Assembly (NCBI GenBank): GCA_043813875.1
Contig: JBDRKP010000045.1
Span: 1-3,308 of the forward strand
Direction: 5' to 3'
DNA length: 3,308 nt
From: an archaeon
GTDB taxonomy: Archaea; EX4484-52; B79-G9
The position numbers were made by a program, and so were the translations under genes. Positions 1 through 3,308 of this stretch are shown one piece after another; within the stretch, counting starts at the first letter, position 1, and each line of letters opens with the position of its first letter. The notes beneath the pieces are model-generated. The model made no database searches, was not told where the DNA came from, and was given only the letters and a program-made list of their open reading frames with translations.

Positions 1-157
1 TAAGAAATACAGTATTCAGAAATTCATACAGGATGAAGCGATAATCAAGAATGAGCGAGGTAGTATGCAATTTAATTTACTGCTTCTCGCTATGAATATG
101 TCAGAAGAACAGCTTAAGAAATTCAAAGAACGGAAAGCAAAGCAGGAGACTAAGTAA
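1..157 (+). CDS. 3' end of probable type IV Csf1/Cas8-like large subunit (5'-truncated by window)
   Basis: Open frame from position 2: KKYSIQKFIQDEAIIKNERGSMQFNLLLLAMNMSEEQLKKFKERKAKQETK*, stop TAA at 155-157 overlapping the next ATG (TAATG). The identity is inferred mainly from its position directly upstream of cas11-csf2; only 51 aa are visible. Confidence 0.5.
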   Translation, partial: KKYSIQKFIQDEAIIKNERGSMQFNLLLLAMNMSEEQLKKFKERKAKQETK

Positions 158-540
158 TGCAATCAGAATGTGAAAAGCTCTCAGAGCAACTCAGACAAGA
201 TGTTGTAACAGTCATCGAAGCAGTGTGGAAATCGATTGATTGGGATAAGGTCAGTAGCAGAAGAAGAATGAAAATATATGAGGAGTATCAAAATAAAATA
301 AAAAGCGCATCTCAGGTCGGAAAGGTGAGTCATTTCTTGGAGAAACTCACTTCTAAAATGGATTGCACTCTTTCGGATACGAACTCAGCAAACGTGCTTG
401 AAATAATCAGAAATATCGAAAAAGAGGAGTTAGACCTTGAATTTCTCAATACATGCAGAAACGAGACCCAACTTTTAGTTTTGTTGATGCGAGAGAGACG
501 TGCAGAACTTAACGAAAATAGTAAACAAACAGGAGGTTGA
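157..540 (+). CDS. cas11: Cas11-like small subunit of type IV-B effector complex (127 aa, predicted all-helical)
   Basis: SD GGAG (in GCAGGAGAC) precedes ATG 157. The protein is small, charged and helical-looking (WKSIDW...IYEEYQNKIKSAS...FLEKL...LLVLLMRERR). It sits between the upstream gene and csf2, the usual small-subunit slot in IV-B loci. Confidence 0.65.
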   Translation: MQSECEKLSEQLRQDVVTVIEAVWKSIDWDKVSSRRRMKIYEEYQNKIKSASQVGKVSHFLEKLTSKMDCTLSDTNSANVLEIIRNIEKEELDLEFLNTCRNETQLLVLLMRERRAELNENSKQTGG

Positions 541-542
541 CA

Positions 543-1376
543 ATGTTCGAACGTATCGAAGGAAAAATCACGGCTGTAGAGCCTCTGTCACATATTGGGG
601 AATCCCTATCAATTTATTCCCACTTTGCGAAAGAAAAGATGCTTGTGAGCACAAAAACAGGGCAGAGAGTTATAGAAGTTCCGGTTATATCAGGCAATTC
701 GTTCAGAGGTGTATTACGGCGCAGAGCAGGGTATAAACTTCTTAGCTTGCTTGATATCAAAAAAGAAACCCTGTCTGAAAGTCTCCAACATGCTTTTTTT
801 AGCGGCGGGATATTGAAAAAAGGAGCAGGGAATGGAGTAATAGACACCCAATTCGTCAGTAAATTAAGATCAAATCTCCCCACCATATCTCTATTTGGAA
901 CTGCGATCGGGCAGCAACTTATTCAGGGAAAACTTGATGTAGGTCAACTGATACCGATTTCTTGTCAAACTAAGAGTAGAACGAACATTGACTCAGAGAT
1001 TTCAATATACAGCCTGCTTGATGAGCGCTCAGCGACTCGTCGTGACGACATGGAGGATAAGACAAAAGGTACGCAGGACCCAGATGAGCAAAAGCAGCAG
1101 ATGCGCTATACTCATGAAGTCCTTGTAGCAGGTACGGAGTTCTATCATTACTTTACCCTGAAAAGTTGCAATGAATTGGAAACGGGCGCGTTCTGGAGTA
1201 CCCTGGCAGAGTTCTCAAAGTATCCCAAAATCGGAGGGTTAGGATGCCGGGGTTTCGGGATGGTTAAACTAGGTTATACAATCGAGACGGAATTGGCGCA
1301 GAAATACGAGGCTTGGGTAGTTGAGAGTAAGGAAACTATTACGAAATATTTTAAGGAATTAGAGGCAATCGTTTAA
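543..1376 (+). CDS. csf2: Type IV CRISPR-associated Cas7-family backbone protein Csf2 (277 aa)
   Basis: RAMP/Cas7 hallmarks: N-terminal ITAVEPLSHIG, VPVISGNSFRGVLRR, FFSGG, ISLFGTA, GKLDVG, QQMRYTHEVLVAGTEF and the C-terminal Gly-rich loop IGGLGCRGFGMV. ATG 543 is preferred over TTG 537 because SD GGAGGT lies at 532-537. Confidence 0.9.
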   Translation: MFERIEGKITAVEPLSHIGESLSIYSHFAKEKMLVSTKTGQRVIEVPVISGNSFRGVLRRRAGYKLLSLLDIKKETLSESLQHAFFSGGILKKGAGNGVIDTQFVSKLRSNLPTISLFGTAIGQQLIQGKLDVGQLIPISCQTKSRTNIDSEISIYSLLDERSATRRDDMEDKTKGTQDPDEQKQQMRYTHEVLVAGTEFYHYFTLKSCNELETGAFWSTLAEFSKYPKIGGLGCRGFGMVKLGYTIETELAQKYEAWVVESKETITKYFKELEAIV

Positions 1377-1390
1377 ATAATATTATAGTT

Positions 1391-1439
1391 TTAATACTAA
1401 ACGATACCTTTAAATACTTTTAGATACTTATAGAGTATT
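1391..1439. repeat. Four 10-bp-phased ATAC motifs plus one inverted copy; putative operator
   Basis: TTAATACTAA / ACGATACCTT / TAAATACTTT / TAGATACTTA, with ATAC at 1394, 1404, 1414 and 1424. AGTATT at 1434-1439 is the reverse complement of AATACT (1413-1418). Confidence 0.55.
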
Positions 1440-1441
1440 GG
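1399..1441 (+). promoter_or_regulatory. Archaeal-type promoter (BRE + TATA box) driving the small-ORF cassette
   Basis: TTTAAATA at 1409-1416 is preceded by purine-rich AAACGATA (BRE-like) in an AT-rich intergenic region. The expected start site, about 25 nt downstream (~1440), lies just before the first SD at 1457. Confidence 0.65.
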
Positions 1442-1469
1442 CAATAAGCCAAATATGGAGGAAAATAAC

Positions 1470-1598
1470 ATGAGTAAGAAAATCACAAAAGAAAAAAATA
1501 AACATGATCTTTTCGAGGGTCATGAAGCCAGGAAAATTGATTTTTCACGGGAATTAGAGAACAAATTGCTTGAGCAAAAGCTCAGGCAAAGAAAATGA
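1470..1598 (+). CDS. Small basic hypothetical protein (42 aa)
   Basis: MSKKITKEKNKHDLFEGHEARKIDFSRELENKLLEQKLRQRK*. Strong SD GGAGG at 1457-1461. Its stop abuts the next leader at 1599. Not in the ORF track. Confidence 0.7.
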   Translation: MSKKITKEKNKHDLFEGHEARKIDFSRELENKLLEQKLRQRK

Positions 1599-1614
1599 AT
1601 GGAGGAAAAATAAA

Positions 1615-1806
1615 ATGAAATGTATTTATTGCGACAAAAGCGCAACACATGTACGGGGGAGCGAAACCGCGACAGGCTCCCGCCCCGTCTGCAAAACACA
1701 TGCGCGGATGTACAATATAAAAACACCCATTATTTTTGAACAAATAATGGGAGATGTGGTAGTAACGAGGGAAATGAAAGAATGGATTAGAATAAGGGGG
1801 AAATAA
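1615..1806 (+). CDS. Small zinc-finger protein, CxxC...CxxH (63 aa)
   Basis: MKCIYCDKSATHVRGSETATGSRPVCKTHARMYNIKTPIIFEQIMGDVVVTREMKEWIRIRGK*. SD GGAGG at 1601-1605 supports ATG 1615 rather than the track's start at 1570. Confidence 0.75.
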   Translation: MKCIYCDKSATHVRGSETATGSRPVCKTHARMYNIKTPIIFEQIMGDVVVTREMKEWIRIRGK

Positions 1807-1807
1807 C

Positions 1808-1936
1808 ATGAATGATATAGATGGAATATGTCCCGAATGTCATGATGAAAAGCCTTCATTGATATATGACGAATATCGGGATGAATACATTTGTAATACA
1901 TGCGGGTTGATTATCAGAGGAAATTACTTTGAATAA
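1808..1936 (+). CDS. Stand-alone TFIIB/TFB-type zinc-ribbon protein (42 aa)
   Basis: MNDIDGICPECHDEKPSLIYDEYRDEYICNTCGLIIRGNYFE*. The pattern CPEC-x-LIYD-xx-R-x-E-x-IC-xx-CGLII matches the N-terminal zinc ribbon of archaeal TFB. SD GGGGG at 1796-1800. Not in the ORF track. Confidence 0.8.
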   Translation: MNDIDGICPECHDEKPSLIYDEYRDEYICNTCGLIIRGNYFE

Positions 1937-1979
1937 TCATAGCTGTTTTGCTTATAAAGGATAAGTAATAAAAAACAGC

Positions 1980-2130
1980 ATGAGTAAGAACTTTTGCGAA
2001 CAAAGAGGATATCGTAAAGTTGTGTACTGTACAAAACTGTATGGTATGCAGTAACGTGGAACAATGCCGACAGGATGGTATGTTCAGCAAAGAACAAATA
2101 GAGTTTCTTATTAAAGAAGGGAGACTCTAA
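1980..2130 (+). CDS. Small Cys-rich ORF with uncertain start, possibly frameshifted
   Basis: ATG 1980 gives only 24 aa (MSKNFCEQRGYRKVVYCTKLYGMQ*, stop 2052-2054). The overlapping +1 frame is open from 1984 to 2130 (VRTFANKEDIVKLCTVQNCMVCSNVEQCRQDGMFSKEQIEFLIKEGRL*), with possible starts at TTG 2020 (GAGGA at 2005-2009) or ATG 2041. Confidence 0.4.
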
Positions 2131-2159
2131 TAAAAAATAAATAATGGAGGAACAATAAA

Positions 2160-2252
2160 ATGACACCGAGCAACAATCGCACGCTCGATATTTATTTCGA
2201 TATGATGCACATTTCTGTGCACGCATTATTTTTTGCATATGACTTAGCCTAA
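2160..2252 (+). CDS. Very small hypothetical peptide (30 aa)
   Basis: MTPSNNRTLDIYFDMMHISVHALFFAYDLA*. Preceded by a consensus leader with SD GGAGG at 2146-2150. The stop falls just before the next leader. Confidence 0.5.
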   Translation: MTPSNNRTLDIYFDMMHISVHALFFAYDLA

Positions 2253-2275
2253 ACTGAACATGGAGGAAAACAAAT

Positions 2276-2560
2276 ATGAATAATAAAAAAATGATAATCG
2301 ACGGTCAAGAAATGCAGACCATAGAAAAGCCAATTCGTTGCACAAGAGCGGCTGATGGATGGTGTCAGAAGCTCTCGAAGAAAACACATTTCACAAAGGG
2401 AATATGTGAAGATGGATCCATGGTCGTGGGATCATCATGTCATGACGGCCGCCGTATGTGCGGCTATATCTACAGATATGACCAATGGAAGCAAGACATT
2501 CTTCCCTTGCTAATTGAATCGAACCGTGTCGTGTATGGGGGGGGGGTTAATGCCCTATGA
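2276..2560 (+). CDS. Hypothetical Cys-containing protein (94 aa)
   Basis: ORF in the track, with consensus leader and SD GGAGG at 2262-2266. It has five Cys residues and no family that I recognise. Confidence 0.75.
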   Translation: MNNKKMIIDGQEMQTIEKPIRCTRAADGWCQKLSKKTHFTKGICEDGSMVVGSSCHDGRRMCGYIYRYDQWKQDILPLLIESNRVVYGGGVNAL

Positions 2561-2687
2561 TATAGTTAACTGCGGAGAGCGTAAAATACAAACACTCTTC
2601 CGCATTGCTCTAAAAGATATCTGTGAAAGACATGGTATCCAAGAGGGCGATGCGGTTGAAGTTTTTATCCGCAAAAGGGAGCACTAA
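2550..2687 (+). CDS. AbrB/MazE/SpoVT-like swapped-hairpin DNA-binding protein (45 aa)
   Basis: MPYDIVNCGERKIQTLFRIALKDICERHGIQEGDAVEVFIRKREH*. RKIQ..FRI.L.....E..GI.EGD.VEV.I matches the AbrB-fold pattern. The G-tract at 2537-2546 can serve as SD. Not in the ORF track. Confidence 0.7.
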   Translation: MPYDIVNCGERKIQTLFRIALKDICERHGIQEGDAVEVFIRKREH

Positions 2688-2711
2688 CACGAGCGCGGAC
2701 ACGGAGCCAAA

Positions 2712-3308
2712 ATGACCATTCATTTTTCCGAACTTGACAAATACGGGCAGCACATCACATCTTTACAGCATGAACCTATGAAAATCACTGCATCCCTGAC
2801 AAGTCCTTATGTCAGTACAGATTACATCTTTCTCGATGCTCTAATCAGCAGCGCGGTCTGGCAGGATGTGATGGGGGAACAGGCGTTTAACATCCCTGAG
2901 AATAAATCAGATGTTTTCTATATTCCGCTGCCCATTAAACAAATCGGTACAAAAGAACCGTTCTATGCCGCATCAATTTGCTTCCCGAAGCAGGCTGTAG
3001 AGGGAACGGCGCGGTGGCGCAAGCAGACAGATATTGAAAGTAAAAAGAAAATCCGCATTGGCTCAGGAGAGTACAAACGGTACGATATGCCGATGCCGTA
3101 CACAAGCGCGGAAGAAATCATATTTTATGCGAATGGGAATAAAGAAGAAATCGAAAGGCTCTTACAATATATTCCAGGGATTGGTAAGAAAAGAACGCAG
3201 GGATATGGCAATGTTCGAAAATGGCAGGTTGAGTCATCGGAACATGATTATAGCGTAGTCAAGGATGGCATACCAATGCGTCCGATTCCTGTATCTGAGG
3301 CTGCGCAA
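2712..3308 (+). CDS. csf3: Type IV CRISPR-associated Cas5-family protein Csf3 (3'-truncated by window)
   Basis: Open to the window end (199 codons): MTIHFSELDKYGQHITSLQHEPMKITASLTSP...IFLDALI...PLPI...FYAAS...WRKQ...GSGEYKRYDMP...IIFYANGNKEEIERLLQYIPGIGKKRTQGYGNVRKWQVE...MRPIP. The Gly-rich loop IGKKRxxGYGxV and the MRPIP motif fit Csf3. SD GGAG at 2703-2706. Missed by the ORF track because it has no stop in the window. Confidence 0.85.
   Translation, partial: MTIHFSELDKYGQHITSLQHEPMKITASLTSPYVSTDYIFLDALISSAVWQDVMGEQAFNIPENKSDVFYIPLPIKQIGTKEPFYAASICFPKQAVEGTARWRKQTDIESKKKIRIGSGEYKRYDMPMPYTSAEEIIFYANGNKEEIERLLQYIPGIGKKRTQGYGNVRKWQVESSEHDYSVVKDGIPMRPIPVSEAAQ

Larger units (their letters stand above)
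1455..2279 (+). repeat. Dispersed ~19-nt repeated translation-initiation leader ATGGAGGAAAA(A)TAA(C/A)ATGA
   Basis: Copies: 1455-1473 ATGGAGGAAAATAACATGA; 1599-1618 ATGGAGGAAAAATAAAATGA; 1794-1811 AAGGGGGAAATAACATGA; 2144-2163 ATGGAGGAACAATAAAATGA; 2260-2279 ATGGAGGAAAACAAATATGA. Each ends in the ATG of a small ORF. Confidence 0.8.

Noticed and set aside
500..736. 78-aa + strand ORF from the track
   Set aside because: Alternative frame overlapping cas11 and csf2, with no SD or recognisable motif.
614..886. 90-aa minus-strand ORF
   Set aside because: Antisense shadow lying entirely within csf2.
1570..1614. Longer N-terminus for the zinc-finger ORF as given in the track
   Set aside because: It overlaps the 1470-1598 ORF, and the SD at 1601-1605 points to ATG 1615.
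1653..1688. GC-rich inverted repeat (GGGAGC...GCTCCC) flanked by AACACATG direct repeats
   Set aside because: It lies in the coding loop of the zinc finger, the stem is short and bulged, and both direct repeats encode Thr-His. There is not enough support for a separate element.
1520..2238. Minus-strand ORFs 1520-1726, 1582-1809, 1626-1901 and 1924-2238
   Set aside because: They are antisense to + strand ORFs with strong SD leaders and recognisable zinc motifs. Their Phe-rich composition reflects the A-rich + strand.
1377..2711. Canonical CRISPR array or mini-array between csf2 and csf3
   Set aside because: There are no 25-40 bp near-identical repeats with spacers of uniform length. The only recurring motif is the SD-containing leader, with irregular spacing of over 100 nt.
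1377..2711. IS or transposon insertion explaining the split of csf2 and csf3
   Set aside because: No transposase or integrase ORF, terminal inverted repeats or target-site duplication could be seen.
3034..3258. 74-aa + strand ORF from the track
   Set aside because: Out-of-frame overlap inside csf3, whose frame carries the Cas5-family motifs.

Overview
This window holds a type IV (IV-B-like) CRISPR-Cas effector operon on the + strand. It contains the 3' end of a probable csf1/cas8-like gene (<1-157), a cas11-like small subunit (157-540), csf2/cas7 (543-1376) and csf3/cas5 (2712->3308, running off the window). No CRISPR array, cas6 or adaptation gene is visible. Unusually, csf2 and csf3 are separated by about 1.3 kb that forms its own transcription unit. 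It starts with an archaeal BRE/TATA promoter overlapped by four 10-bp-phased ATAC motifs, followed by about seven tiny ORFs (about 24-94 aa), most of which the ORF track missed. Five of them start with a near-identical ~19-nt leader (ATGGAGGAAAA(A)TAA(C/A)ATGA). They include a CxxC...CxxH zinc-finger protein, a stand-alone TFIIB/TFB-type zinc ribbon and a terminal AbrB/MazE-like DNA-binding protein, the last preceded by a G10 tract. The signals point to an archaeal virus or plasmid (inference). All family assignments come from reading motifs by eye, not from database searches.
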